A DNA stretch of 64,000 bases from Candidatus Amesbacteria bacterium RIFCSPLOWO2_01_FULL_49_25 (GTDB lineage: Bacteria > Patescibacteriota > Microgenomatia > CAZETR01 > Amesbacteraceae). This document shows, in pieces, positions 1 through 9,322 of the stretch; position 1 is the first letter of the stretch; every line of letters starts with the position of its first letter. The DNA is taken from assembly GCA_001773725.1 (NCBI GenBank), contig MEXP01000020.1:102767-166766 (forward strand), in the 5' to 3' direction. The notes beneath the pieces were generated by a model. The model had not been told where the DNA came from. It saw nothing but the letters and a program-made list of their open reading frames with translations, and did not search any database. A program made the position numbers and the translations under genes.

Positions 1-1982
1 ACAATCGTCAGATGCCCTCTTTTGTCAGTCCCCAATATTTGCGCCCTTTTTGACGACAAGTCTCCAATAACATCTCCCATAAAATCATCCGGCGTAGACA
101 CTTCCACCTTCATTACCGGTTCAATCAGGCAGGCATCCGCATGTTTGGCTGCATGTTGAAAAGCCAGCGATCCGGCAATCTTAAAAGCCATTTCCGAGGA
201 ATCTACATCATGGTAAGTTCCGTCATACAGAGTAATTTGCACATCCACTGTCGGAAACCCGGCCAAGACACCGTTCTCCATCGCATCCTTAATCCCTTTT
301 TCAATAGGCGGGATAAATTCAGACGGAATAGCCCCGCCTCTGATAGCGTCCACAAACTCATACCCTGCCCCCCTAGGCTGGGGTTCGATTTTTATGAAAC
401 AATGTCCGTATTGACCGCGGCCTCCTGATTGCCGGATATATTTACCCTCTCCCTCCGCCGTACTTTTAACCGTTTCTTTGTAGGCCACCTGTGGCGCTCC
501 CGTGTTAACTTCTACTCCAAACTCCCGCTTCATCCGGTCCACGATGATCTCCAAATGCAACTCTCCCATTCCCGAAATAATCGTCTGCCCCGTTTCTTGG
601 TTAGATTTAATCCTGAAAGTGGGATCCTCATCGGAAAGTTTGCTCAGGGCGTACCCCATCTTTTCCTGATCCGATTTAGTCTTAGGTTCTATGGCCAGCG
701 AAATCACCGGCTCCGGAAAAGTTATTGTTTCCAGTAGTATCTGAGCATTCTTATCACACAAAGTGTTGCCCGTCGAGGTCTCTTTCAACCCCACCAGCGC
801 CACAATTTCTCCAGCATACGCCGCATCAATCTCCTCCCGTTTGTTGGCGTGCATCAAAAGCATTCGCGAAATCCGTTCCTCTTTTTGTTTCGAAGCGTTC
901 CATACCGGCTGTCCGGCCGAAAGTTTTCCAGAGTAGATCCGGACATAAGTCAACCGGCCCACATGCGGATCCGTCTGAATCTTAAATGCCAATCCCGCAA
1001 ACTTCTCTTCGTTTACAGTCTTTCTCGTTATCTCCCCCCCGGTATGCACATCCGTCCCTCTTACGTGATCCACGTCCACTGGGGACGGCAAGTACTCCAC
1101 AACCGCGTCCAGCATCGGCTGAACTCCTTTATTGCGCAGGGACGCCCCGGCATAAACTGGAACCAGTTTATAGGCTATTACCGCCCTTCTTAAAGCCGTC
1201 TTCAGTTCTTTAATATCCGGTTCTTCTCCCGCCAAGAACTTTTCCAAAAGTACATCATCAGTCTCACAAATCTGCTCAATCAATTTGTTCCGCCATTTTT
1301 CTACAACCTCTTTCATATCCGCCGGGACTTCCTCCTCAGCGTACTTCGCCCCCGTTTCATCGCCCGGCCAAACCAGGGCTTTTTTCTCCAAAAGCAGAAC
1401 CACTCCCTTAAAGGTCTGTTCCGCCCCGATAGGGTATGCCATTACAGCAGGGTTCGCTCCTAATCGCTCGATTATGGCTTTTACCGTTCCTTCAAAATTA
1501 GCTCCCAATTTGTCGTTTTTATTCACAAAAATAATCCGGGGAACATTATATTTATCCGCCTGCCGCCACACCGTCTCCGTTTGTGACTGTACCGTCTCTT
1601 CCGCATCCAAAACAGTCACCGCCCCGTCCAAAACCCGCAAAGATCTCTCCACCTCCGCTGTGAAATCCACGTGCCCCGGGGTATCGATAAGATTGATCCG
1701 GTAGGAGTCCTGGGGGACAGGAGAGTTGGGATCGGTAACCGTCCAGAAAGTCGTCGTGGCCGCCGATACTATTGTAATTCCTCTCTCTTTCTCCTGTTCC
1801 ATCCAATCCATTTGAGTGCTCCCCTCATCGATATCGCCTATCTTGTAGCTCTTCCCCGTGTAATACAAAATCCGCTCGCTCGTCGTCGTCTTTCCCGCGT
1901 CAATATGGGCAATAATCCCAATATTTCGCACCCGATCCAACGGCACAATTCTATTAGTAGTCTTAATATCACTCGCAGCCAT
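1..1982 (-). CDS. fusA: Elongation factor G (3' end runs off the window)
   Basis: Manual translation from ATG at 1982: [43 protein letters not shown]...[13 protein letters not shown]...[13 protein letters not shown]. It is not in the ORF track because there is no stop in the window. Confidence 0.97.
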   Translation of the reverse strand, partial: MAASDIKTTNRIVPLDRVRNIGIIAHIDAGKTTTSERILYYTGKSYKIGDIDEGSTQMDWMEQEKERGITIVSAATTTFWTVTDPNSPVPQDSYRINLIDTPGHVDFTAEVERSLRVLDGAVTVLDAEETVQSQTETVWRQADKYNVPRIIFVNKNDKLGANFEGTVKAIIERLGANPAVMAYPIGAEQTFKGVVLLLEKKALVWPGDETGAKYAEEEVPADMKEVVEKWRNKLIEQICETDDVLLEKFLAGEEPDIKELKTALRRAVIAYKLVPVYAGASLRNKGVQPMLDAVVEYLPSPVDVDHVRGTDVHTGGEITRKTVNEEKFAGLAFKIQTDPHVGRLTYVRIYSGKLSAGQPVWNASKQKEERISRMLLMHANKREEIDAAYAGEIVALVGLKETSTGNTLCDKNAQILLETITFPEPVISLAIEPKTKSDQEKMGYALSKLSDEDPTFRIKSNQETGQTIISGMGELHLEIIVDRMKREFGVEVNTGAPQVAYKETVKSTAEGEGKYIRQSGGRGQYGHCFIKIEPQPRGAGYEFVDAIRGGAIPSEFIPPIEKGIKDAMENGVLAGFPTVDVQITLYDGTYHDVDSSEMAFKIAGSLAFQHAAKHADACLIEPVMKVEVSTPDDFMGDVIGDLSSKRAQILGTDKRGHLTI

Positions 1983-2008
1983 AAAAAATAAGCCCGAAGC
2001 TTCACCAG

Positions 2009-2017
2009 ATTGTACCA
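2009..2017 (-). promoter_or_regulatory. Putative extended -10 promoter (TGGTACAAT) for fusA
   Basis: TGnTACAAT on the minus strand, 26 nt upstream of the fusA ATG. Confidence 0.5.
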
Positions 2018-2089
2018 AACTCCAACTCTCCTGTCGACCGCCCTACACAGCCAGCGAGTATATCAAGGCCCCAGCCAGCATTCCCAAAG

Positions 2090-4672
2090 CTATTTATTCA
2101 ACCTTCGGTTGTGCAGCGCATACCCCAGCCACGCCCAGTTTTGATCGTAGTAGTTATTCATGTCTCCCCACCAGCCTGTCAGCTCTTCCAGCTCTTTTTT
2201 CTCCAAAAGTACCTCATACATTTCCTCAGCCAACTCAGGCCTAGTTGACAAAAAAACTGCCATCGCCCCCATGCTATTTGCCAGGCTGGCATATTCGGTC
2301 CTGGCCGTCCCGTCCAGACCATAAACCGCTGCCAACCGCCCCCCCGCTTTCCACTCAGATGCCAAAAACCGACTCGCCTCAGAAAGCAATTTCAAAGCCT
2401 CCTCCGAGCTAAACCACGCCCTATCTAGGGCCACTCGGAAATACAGCCTGAACGCGTCAAAGCCGTAATCGTCCGCGCCTTCTCGAAATTTTCCTGCCGA
2501 GGCCACTTGCCCGGTCTTCTCATCGACCCATATCCAGTTTGGCACCAGCCCCGTTTTGTTCTCCGTCCTGGTAGAAATTTGTTCCACCAACCAGTACGTG
2601 TCCTGAACCAAGGTCATCCAAGGGTGCTCGGGGTCGACCTCGGCAAACGTTCGGTAATGCGCCGGCGAAAAATACGACGGATTCACCAAATATCCCGCCC
2701 CTTCTTTCGCCCCCGACCCCGAGGTTAAATAGAGCCGCCCATCGATTCTTACCACCTCTTTTGCCAATATATAGGCCATAATTCTTTTAGCTTCCTCCAA
2801 ATATTTTTCTTCTCCCCATTTTTTGTTGGCCAACACCAAGGCTAAAGCGGCATCCAAATCGGCATCGGTTGCCGTGGCGAAGTCCATAAGTTGATCTCCC
2901 TTCCACAGCCAAGACAGCAACTTATCGTCCGACCTGTGTTGCAGGTGATCGCGCGTCCAGCCCCAGACTCCGTCAAAAGCTTTTTTGTCTCCCATCCACA
3001 CTGCTCGTAGCATGGCATAAGCCTGGCCCTCCGAAGTCGTCTGCCCAGTCGCCGGATCCACGACCATGCCATAGTCATGGACAAATCTCTCTTTGTAATC
3101 TTTCCACGTCTGGTCCAACACGATCGATATGTCGTCTTTGACCCGGTTTACCCCCATCCAGTCCCCGTTGGTGCTGATGTACTTCGTCCGGTCCAAATAA
3201 GCCGTGCTCCCGTTAATCCATATTGCCTCATGAACCGAGTTATCCAAGATCGCCTTAATAAATTCCGCTCCAAACTGCCGCACCAGCTTCAGTGTTTCAT
3301 GGCTAACTAAGATGTAATCCACGTTTCGCCAATCGTTATTCAGCCTCTTGCCGTAAATCCCCGGATCCTTCTCCACTTTCCAGGACCAATGAGTATTAAG
3401 CAAAGGCGGATCACTCTCAAATCTGGCTAACTTCAAGTCCAAATAAATGGACGAATCAGCCACGATCACGCTCTCAATTGGAAAATTGGCTTTGGCATAC
3501 TCCACGGCTTGTCGGTGGGCAAAATTCTCGTCCCGCCTAAATTGCCCGATATCCTGCCCCCCCAGAACTAGTAGTGACAGTCCGGCCACTTCGGCCACCC
3601 ATATCGCTCGTAGTCTAGTCATATTCTTCAGCTTTTCCCCTGCCCAGCCAGCCACTGCCCCAAAACACCACGCCACAAAAGGGATCATCGGCAGGATATA
3701 AAAATCAATGATCAATCGAGAAGTCAACAGAAACGCCGCAAAGCTCCACCCAAATATAGCTGGAACTCGCAGTTTTTTGACCCTTATTGCCAGCACTCCA
3801 CCAGCAATCAAACTTATAGTACCGCCCCACGTCCATATCGGGTCTTTTGTTTCCCATGTCTTCCAAGCACTGTAAAACAAGCTCCTTCTATCCCAAAAAG
3901 GAAAGTCCACTCCCCGGCTCATTTGCTCTCTAAATGTATCCACCATACTTACCCGCTCCATGACCTCTCCTCCAAACCCCCGCGGCCAAAACTCTCCCTT
4001 AAGTAAAGCCAGCAAAAAATACAAGCCGATTACCAATCCGCACACCGAAAAACTTACCGTCATTATAAACGACCTGTTTTTTCCGGCTCTGTTCCAAACG
4101 AGATAAGAAAACGCCGGCACAAAAAAAATTGCCACTTCTTTTGACAGCACGGCAATTCCAAAGGTAGCCGCAGCCGCCGCAGCCGTCCATAACTTCAGTT
4201 TTTCCCGCGTCAAAATCCACACCGCCAACATTACCCAAAAAGTCGCAACATTGTCCAAAAGTACCCGCCTCTGATAATAAATGGCCAGCGGCGATAGGCT
4301 AAACCAAATTACCGCTACCACCCCCCCCAACCTACTTCCAGCCGCTTTTTTGGCGACTAGATACAACAACACCGCCGTCGCCACATGCAGCCCCCACATC
4401 AGAACCCGTCCCGAATTGACCGACATTCCAAAAGTAAATCCCCCCCCACTTATTTTTTGCCACAGTGCAATAAGTAACCACCCCGCCGGTGCATGGTCAT
4501 ACCAATATGTATATGGCGATAACCGGCTCAAATTGCCCGCGGCCCAGGCCTGTGCCACATACACTCCCTCGTCATTCTCGTAGTAGGGGAAGTTAAACAT
4601 ATTATGCCCGTGCACCACCCCCGCCCCGATTATCACCGCGGCCATTATCAATCCCTCAACCCATCTCCCCAT
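2090..4672 (-). CDS. GT-C (PMT/ArnT-like) glycosyltransferase fused to a C-terminal GH8 (BcsZ-like) glycoside hydrolase
   Basis: N-half: NDEGVY, YDHAP and many TM helices. C-half: GH8 motifs TTSEGQAYAM, ATDADLDAALAL, NPSYFSP, YGFDAFR, NYYDQN. Confidence 0.85.
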   Translation of the reverse strand: MGRWVEGLIMAAVIIGAGVVHGHNMFNFPYYENDEGVYVAQAWAAGNLSRLSPYTYWYDHAPAGWLLIALWQKISGGGFTFGMSVNSGRVLMWGLHVATAVLLYLVAKKAAGSRLGGVVAVIWFSLSPLAIYYQRRVLLDNVATFWVMLAVWILTREKLKLWTAAAAAATFGIAVLSKEVAIFFVPAFSYLVWNRAGKNRSFIMTVSFSVCGLVIGLYFLLALLKGEFWPRGFGGEVMERVSMVDTFREQMSRGVDFPFWDRRSLFYSAWKTWETKDPIWTWGGTISLIAGGVLAIRVKKLRVPAIFGWSFAAFLLTSRLIIDFYILPMIPFVAWCFGAVAGWAGEKLKNMTRLRAIWVAEVAGLSLLVLGGQDIGQFRRDENFAHRQAVEYAKANFPIESVIVADSSIYLDLKLARFESDPPLLNTHWSWKVEKDPGIYGKRLNNDWRNVDYILVSHETLKLVRQFGAEFIKAILDNSVHEAIWINGSTAYLDRTKYISTNGDWMGVNRVKDDISIVLDQTWKDYKERFVHDYGMVVDPATGQTTSEGQAYAMLRAVWMGDKKAFDGVWGWTRDHLQHRSDDKLLSWLWKGDQLMDFATATDADLDAALALVLANKKWGEEKYLEEAKRIMAYILAKEVVRIDGRLYLTSGSGAKEGAGYLVNPSYFSPAHYRTFAEVDPEHPWMTLVQDTYWLVEQISTRTENKTGLVPNWIWVDEKTGQVASAGKFREGADDYGFDAFRLYFRVALDRAWFSSEEALKLLSEASRFLASEWKAGGRLAAVYGLDGTARTEYASLANSMGAMAVFLSTRPELAEEMYEVLLEKKELEELTGWWGDMNNYYDQNWAWLGYALHNRRLNK

Positions 4673-6056
4673 ATCTTACTCCAGCATACCCCAAGCCATC
4701 CACCCGGTGGGCGTTGACATGAGTCGTCTTTTCCCACATCAGGTTGCCTACCACCAATCGCCATACTGCCCTCAATGCTCCAATGGCCAATATCACTATG
4801 TACGGCCAAAACCCGGCAACTAGCATCGGCCCCATCCACCACGGAAAGATCAATTTGTAATCTCGCGTGAACTGCCACATCCCAGTAACGGCTACCACCA
4901 GTTGCATTATCAAAAGTCCTAACGGCACATAGGAAAACATCGCTAATGGGATACCCAGCCCATAGACTGCTCCTGCCCAGGCAAGTATCGGGGCCACAAG
5001 TAACACCCCCACCAGTATCTCCGGCAGCACCAGCAAATACCCGGTCAAGATTCTCTGGTTCCATTTAGGCAAGCCTTTCCATTCCCCCCTCCCTAGTACC
5101 TGCAAAAACCCCATATTCCACCTCGTCCGTTGTCGCACCAGGGCCGAAAGCGTCACCGGGGTCTCTTCCGCCGTCGCGTGTTCTTCGTCGTATACAACGG
5201 CGATCCTCGCCCCCATTTTCGAAAGTCGAATGCCGATTTCCGCGTCCTCAGTCAGACACTTCTCGTCCCACCCCCCGGCCCTGTTCAACCACACCCGCTT
5301 GAAAAATACCGTATTTCCCCCCAAAGGCACTACCCCCTGTCTAGCAAAAAAATGCAATGCCGACTTGAACCAGAAGTAGTACTCCAGAACATTAAAAGCC
5401 GCAAACCAGCTCGACCGGTAGTTTACAAGCTGCACCCCGGACTGCACAACGTCTGTGCCTTCACGGACCATCACCGTGTTCACGATTTTATAAATGTCCG
5501 GGTGCGGCTGGTCTTCAGCGTCAAATATCGCTACCACTTCGTTTTTGGCGCGGTACAAACCCCAGTTCAGTTGATTGGGTTTATTGACCGGTGTATCATT
5601 GACCACTACCAATTTAATATTTTCCCGACCCAAAGTGTCCATGACTCTTTGCGCCGCCTCAAGTGTCTCCCTATCGTCTCCCCGAACCAGAACCAGTAGC
5701 TCCTTCATCTCCTCGGGATAGTCGATATTAGCAATGGCAGCTATCGTCTCCCCGATTACCGCTTCCTCGTGCCGGGCAGGAAGTAAAGCTGTAAACGAAA
5801 ATCTAGGTTCAATTAGCCTCTTGGGCGACTTGTTTTTCTCAATTGTATCCGGCTCGTTCCAGGCATACAAAATCAGATATAGAAAGAAAAAGGCTTGGGC
5901 TGAGATCAAAACAGTCACTATCGCGAATCCCGCGATGACCAGATCTCTCATTGTCGCCACGATCATACCCCCCCACATAAGCCGGCCCGCCAAATACACG
6001 GCCAATCCAGCAAGGGTTAGTGTCCAGATGTTAATTTTTCGCTCAAGTAAAGACAT
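4656..6056 (-). CDS. Processive GT2 glycosyltransferase (cellulose-synthase-like superfamily)
   Basis: FDAED, LGGN, LTEDAE and RQRTRW (QxxRW) motifs, flanked by TM segments. Confidence 0.9.
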   Translation of the reverse strand: MSLLERKINIWTLTLAGLAVYLAGRLMWGGMIVATMRDLVIAGFAIVTVLISAQAFFFLYLILYAWNEPDTIEKNKSPKRLIEPRFSFTALLPARHEEAVIGETIAAIANIDYPEEMKELLVLVRGDDRETLEAAQRVMDTLGRENIKLVVVNDTPVNKPNQLNWGLYRAKNEVVAIFDAEDQPHPDIYKIVNTVMVREGTDVVQSGVQLVNYRSSWFAAFNVLEYYFWFKSALHFFARQGVVPLGGNTVFFKRVWLNRAGGWDEKCLTEDAEIGIRLSKMGARIAVVYDEEHATAEETPVTLSALVRQRTRWNMGFLQVLGRGEWKGLPKWNQRILTGYLLVLPEILVGVLLVAPILAWAGAVYGLGIPLAMFSYVPLGLLIMQLVVAVTGMWQFTRDYKLIFPWWMGPMLVAGFWPYIVILAIGALRAVWRLVVGNLMWEKTTHVNAHRVDGLGYAGVRYGEMG

Positions 6057-6187
6057 ATCAAGAAAACAATCCGAGGAAGTGGGGCTGGGGGCATTTGTGG
6101 TTTTTTATTTTTTATTCGCTATTTCTGAATAAAATAAAATTTTCCACATAGCATCAGCTACGGACAGTCTTCTCGAGTCCCCAAAGG

Positions 6188-6215
6188 GGAAAACCGGGGG
6201 CAAGTCCGGTTTTCC
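6188..6215 (-). terminator. 10-bp GC-rich hairpin just after the stop of the 6225-6926 gene
   Basis: GGAAAACCGG/CCGGTTTTCC perfect stem; the U-tract is weak, so it may be a stabilising stem rather than a terminator. Confidence 0.45.
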
Positions 6216-6224
6216 AAATGTCAA

Positions 6225-6926
6225 TCATCGACTGACTAGGGGGAGATACAGCTCATGATGGGTCGGGCGGGGGGTACTCGTCACAGTCGGGGTAGGGGAG
6301 GGGGTTTCAGTAAAAGTAGGGGTGTCGGAGGGAGCAGGATACGCAGTCTCTGTCGGCGTCGCCGTCGGGGTGGGGGTGTTAGTAGAAGTAGGAGTCGGAG
6401 TCTCAGTGACTTCAAGTGTACTGCACGACGTGGGCACACGAATTTTCTTCACTCTGTCATTCAATGTGCCAATCGGCAATCCTTGAACATTCGTCATACT
6501 CTGCGTGAACACGCCACCGGCCTGGAGAATCAATCCATTAGCTGCTGGATAGCTCCAAAACTCAGCGGGATCGCCGAGAATTGATCCTTCCACATAGCTA
6601 ACTCTGTTCTGCAGGGGGTTTACGTCAAACTCGGCATAAGAGTGAACAGTGACGGTTAAAGGAATTGTGCTTCCAACTTTGTCTCGAGCGATAAATTGCC
6701 CGTTACTGTAGTTGTACACAACCCATTCACCATCAAGGTCACCCATGCCATTAAGCTCACTTTCGTAAACCCGCAGATTGAATCCAGGATCGAGAGGAAC
6801 GTCATTCCGAATTGTAGACGCACCAACTTTCGCGACATCCCAAACTGCCAGCACCAAGGCCACCGACGCTACACCACACATAAAAACCCCAAAAACAAGC
6901 CAAAACACCGCTTCTATCTTTTTCAT
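6225..6926 (-). CDS. Secreted/surface protein with a Pro/Thr-rich linker and C-terminal LYLPLVSR tail
   Basis: Hydrophobic N-terminal signal, AGAGGT SD at 6931-6936, TPTPT repeats, ends HHELYLPLVSR. Confidence 0.8.
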   Translation of the reverse strand: MKKIEAVFWLVFGVFMCGVASVALVLAVWDVAKVGASTIRNDVPLDPGFNLRVYESELNGMGDLDGEWVVYNYSNGQFIARDKVGSTIPLTVTVHSYAEFDVNPLQNRVSYVEGSILGDPAEFWSYPAANGLILQAGGVFTQSMTNVQGLPIGTLNDRVKKIRVPTSCSTLEVTETPTPTSTNTPTPTATPTETAYPAPSDTPTFTETPSPTPTVTSTPRPTHHELYLPLVSR

Positions 6927-7202
6927 TCTTACCTCTTATCGCCCCATCTTTGGGTTTAGATTTTGTCTCTTTTTTTAAAAAGACAACCCAAAAGATGCTT
7001 GCCCAGGCGACAGACACCAAAGCACCAAATTTCTGATGCCTTCGTTTCTGCCGCTTGGGGCAAAAAATTATCTCTAAAAAAGTCTGTCCAAGCCGCAAAT
7101 CACTACGGCTTTTCTTCCTCGGATTGTCAAAGGGCAAAAAATGAGGCCAAACACTTGTCTCGGATGCATTTATCCGTGGGTTCACTACCTCATCCTATAG
7201 TT

Positions 7203-7211
7203 ATTCTAACA
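7203..7211 (-). promoter_or_regulatory. Extended -10 promoter (TGTTAGAAT), predicted TSS about 7196
   Basis: TGnTAGAAT directly upstream of the first hairpin of the structured leader. Confidence 0.55.
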
Positions 7212-7288
7212 TACAAGCAGTAACATAATTCAACTTCACCAACACTCCCCATCAAAAAGTTGGCCAAGACATATAGGCCCTGGCATCT

Positions 7289-7315
7289 TTAGCACTCCAG
7301 GGGTACAATTGCCAG
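7289..7315 (+). promoter_or_regulatory. CIRCE-like (HrcA) operator overlapping a TACAAT -10
   Basis: TTAGCACTC (exact left arm)-N9-AATTGCCAG (degenerate right arm), immediately upstream of a dnaJ-family gene. Confidence 0.65.
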
Positions 7316-7319
7316 TGAA

Positions 7320-8183
7320 ATGGCTGCTAAGCGTGACTATTATGATATTTTAGGCGTTTCCAAAAACGCTACTCCAGCTGAACTTAAATCGGCTTACAGA
7401 AAGCTGGCGTTAGAATGGCACCCGGACCGCAACAAATCTCCCGAAGCGGAAAGCAAATTTAAAGAAATAAACGAAGCCTACCAAGTCCTTTCCGACCCCA
7501 AAAAGAAAGGTAGTTACGATCAATTCGGCCACTCCGCCTTCGATTCTACGGCTGGTGGTCCAGGTGGATTTGGTGGCTTTCGTCAGCAAGGGCCATTTCA
7601 ATATTATTATTCTTCGGGAGGAGAAAACCCATTTGGAGATTTGGGAGGGTTTTCCGATCCTTTCGAGATCTTTGAGCAGTTTTTCGGCACTTCTTCTCCT
7701 TTTGGCCGCCGGGGTCCCGCCAAACCCCATTATTCTTTGCGAGTTCCTTTTATGACCGCCATCAAGGGCGGCACCGAAACCGTCTCTATTGATGGTAAAA
7801 AACATTCCATCAAAATCCCGGCCGGTACCGATACCGGAACTCACCTGCGCTTTTCCAATTTTGACGTTACTTTTGAGGTCGAACCCCACTCTCAATTCAA
7901 ACGCGATGCTGACGACGTGTATATCGACCACGAAATCTCATTTATCATGGCCATTTTGGGTGGTGAGACCGACGTCAATACCTTAGACGGCAATCTCCGC
8001 CTCAAAATTCGCCCCGGGACTCAACCTGGGTCAACCGTTCGTTTAACCGGCCGCGGAGCCCCCCGCTTGCACTCAGTCAGAAACGATGACCGCGGCGACT
8101 TCTACATCCGTCTCAAAATAACCCTGCCCCCCAATATTTCCAGAAGACAGCGCCAGCTTCTAGAAGAATTCGAGAGAAGCTGA
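7320..8183 (+). CDS. dnaJ: DnaJ-family co-chaperone, class B (no zinc finger)
   Basis: J-domain with HPD, G/F-rich region and C-terminal domain; no CxxCxGxG repeats. Confidence 0.9.
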   Translation: MAAKRDYYDILGVSKNATPAELKSAYRKLALEWHPDRNKSPEAESKFKEINEAYQVLSDPKKKGSYDQFGHSAFDSTAGGPGGFGGFRQQGPFQYYYSSGGENPFGDLGGFSDPFEIFEQFFGTSSPFGRRGPAKPHYSLRVPFMTAIKGGTETVSIDGKKHSIKIPAGTDTGTHLRFSNFDVTFEVEPHSQFKRDADDVYIDHEISFIMAILGGETDVNTLDGNLRLKIRPGTQPGSTVRLTGRGAPRLHSVRNDDRGDFYIRLKITLPPNISRRQRQLLEEFERS

Positions 8184-8198
8184 TATAATCGCCTTATT

Positions 8199-9299
8199 AT
8201 GGCCAAACCAACTATTGCCCGCACAGAGTTCGCCTCGGCTCTAAATCAAGTAGCCCACGAGCGCAATTTAGACCCCCAGGTAGTAGTCGACGCTATCCAG
8301 CAGGCCATTCTCGCCGCCTTCAAAAAAGATCACCCCGACTCATTTAAAGAAGATTACGTCTACGAAATAGACCTAGATCCCGCTTCCGGTGAAGCCCGGA
8401 TCCATTCTCTTCCAGGTGAGTCTTATGAAGAAGACGGCATTGCCAAAGTCCGGCCCGTTCCCGGAGCCCCCCGCCTGGACATCACTCCTCCGGGTTTTGG
8501 CCGTATCGCCGCCATGACCGCCAAACAAGTCATCTACCAAAAAGTCCGTGAAGCCGAAAAATCAAATATTGTTGCCGAATGCGAAAAGCGTCTGTCCACT
8601 CTCATCAATGGGACTATCTTAAGAGTCTTGGGCGGCGATGTTATCGTCGAGATCGACACCGGAAAACATGGCCGGATTGAAGCCGTTATGCCGCGTGACC
8701 AACAAGTTCATTCCGAAGATTACCACCCCAACCAGCGTCTCACTTTCCTTCTCCACAGCATCCGTGATAGCGCTCGCGGTCGCGAAGTCGTCGTCTCCCG
8801 TGCCGACACAGGTCTTATTCGTGAGCTTTTCCGCCGCGAAGTTCCCGAGGTTAACTCAGGAAGCGTAGAAGTCAAAGCCATATCGCGCGATCCTGGTTCC
8901 CGCACCAAAATTGCAGTTTATTCCCATCAGTCCGGCGTCGATCCAGTTGGCTCCTGCGTCGGCCAAAAAGGAGTCCGCGTCCAGGCCGTCATTTCCGAAC
9001 TCAATGGTGAAAAAATCGATGTCATTCAATTCAGTGAAGACTTGGAAAGGTTTGTCGCCACAAGCCTGGCCCCTGCCTCCAACTTGCAAGTCGCCATAGA
9101 TTCCAAAAAAGCAGTCGCTGAGGTCACGGCCCCCGCCGACCAATTGTCTTTGGCTATCGGTCGCGAGGGTCAAAATGCCAAACTTGCTGGCCGCCTCGTC
9201 AACCTTCACATTGATATCAGACCAGAAAAGGGAACATCCGAACGCAAAGAAGACAGCTCATCTACCGATGACAAGTCGCCAGCCATCAATGACCAATAG
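8199..9299 (+). CDS. nusA: Transcription termination/antitermination factor NusA
   Basis: FGRIAAMTAKQVI, S1 and KH domains, DPVGSCVGQKG, LSLAIGREGQN. Confidence 0.97.
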   Translation: MAKPTIARTEFASALNQVAHERNLDPQVVVDAIQQAILAAFKKDHPDSFKEDYVYEIDLDPASGEARIHSLPGESYEEDGIAKVRPVPGAPRLDITPPGFGRIAAMTAKQVIYQKVREAEKSNIVAECEKRLSTLINGTILRVLGGDVIVEIDTGKHGRIEAVMPRDQQVHSEDYHPNQRLTFLLHSIRDSARGREVVVSRADTGLIRELFRREVPEVNSGSVEVKAISRDPGSRTKIAVYSHQSGVDPVGSCVGQKGVRVQAVISELNGEKIDVIQFSEDLERFVATSLAPASNLQVAIDSKKAVAEVTAPADQLSLAIGREGQNAKLAGRLVNLHIDIRPEKGTSERKEDSSSTDDKSPAINDQ

Positions 9300-9322
9300 A
9301 TTTATTCGGCCATTTAAAAAAT

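Larger units (their letters stand above)
6066..7196 (-). ncRNA. Candidate large structured RNA: 5' leader and 3' trailer pair around the 6225-6926 ORF
   Basis: Perfect 14-bp inverted repeat at 6066-6079/7114-7127; second long-range helix at 6162-6177/7072-7089; local hairpins at 6084-6158, 6188-6215, 6945-6997, 6999-7063, 7090-7111 and 7141-7193. G-U pairs work only on the minus strand. Confidence 0.6.

Noticed and set aside
141-1991. Several + strand ORFs in the track
   Set aside because: They are antisense shadows of fusA.
6270-6410. Repetitive G-rich tract as a CRISPR array or DNA repeat
   Set aside because: It is the coding sequence of a Pro/Thr linker, with no repeat-spacer structure. 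No CRISPR array was seen anywhere in the window.
6066-7127. 14-bp inverted repeat as IS/transposon ends or an invertible switch
   Set aside because: There is no target-site duplication, transposase or recombinase nearby, and the nested G-U-containing helices fit a folded single strand better. Not fully excluded.
7136-7196. First leader hairpin as a known riboswitch aptamer
   Set aside because: I could not match it to any riboswitch consensus I know; it is kept only as part of the larger structure.
6802-7223. ORFs 6802-7185 (-) and 6963-7223 (+)
   Set aside because: They overlap the hairpin-rich leader, show no protein-like motifs, and the first overlaps the real gene out of frame.
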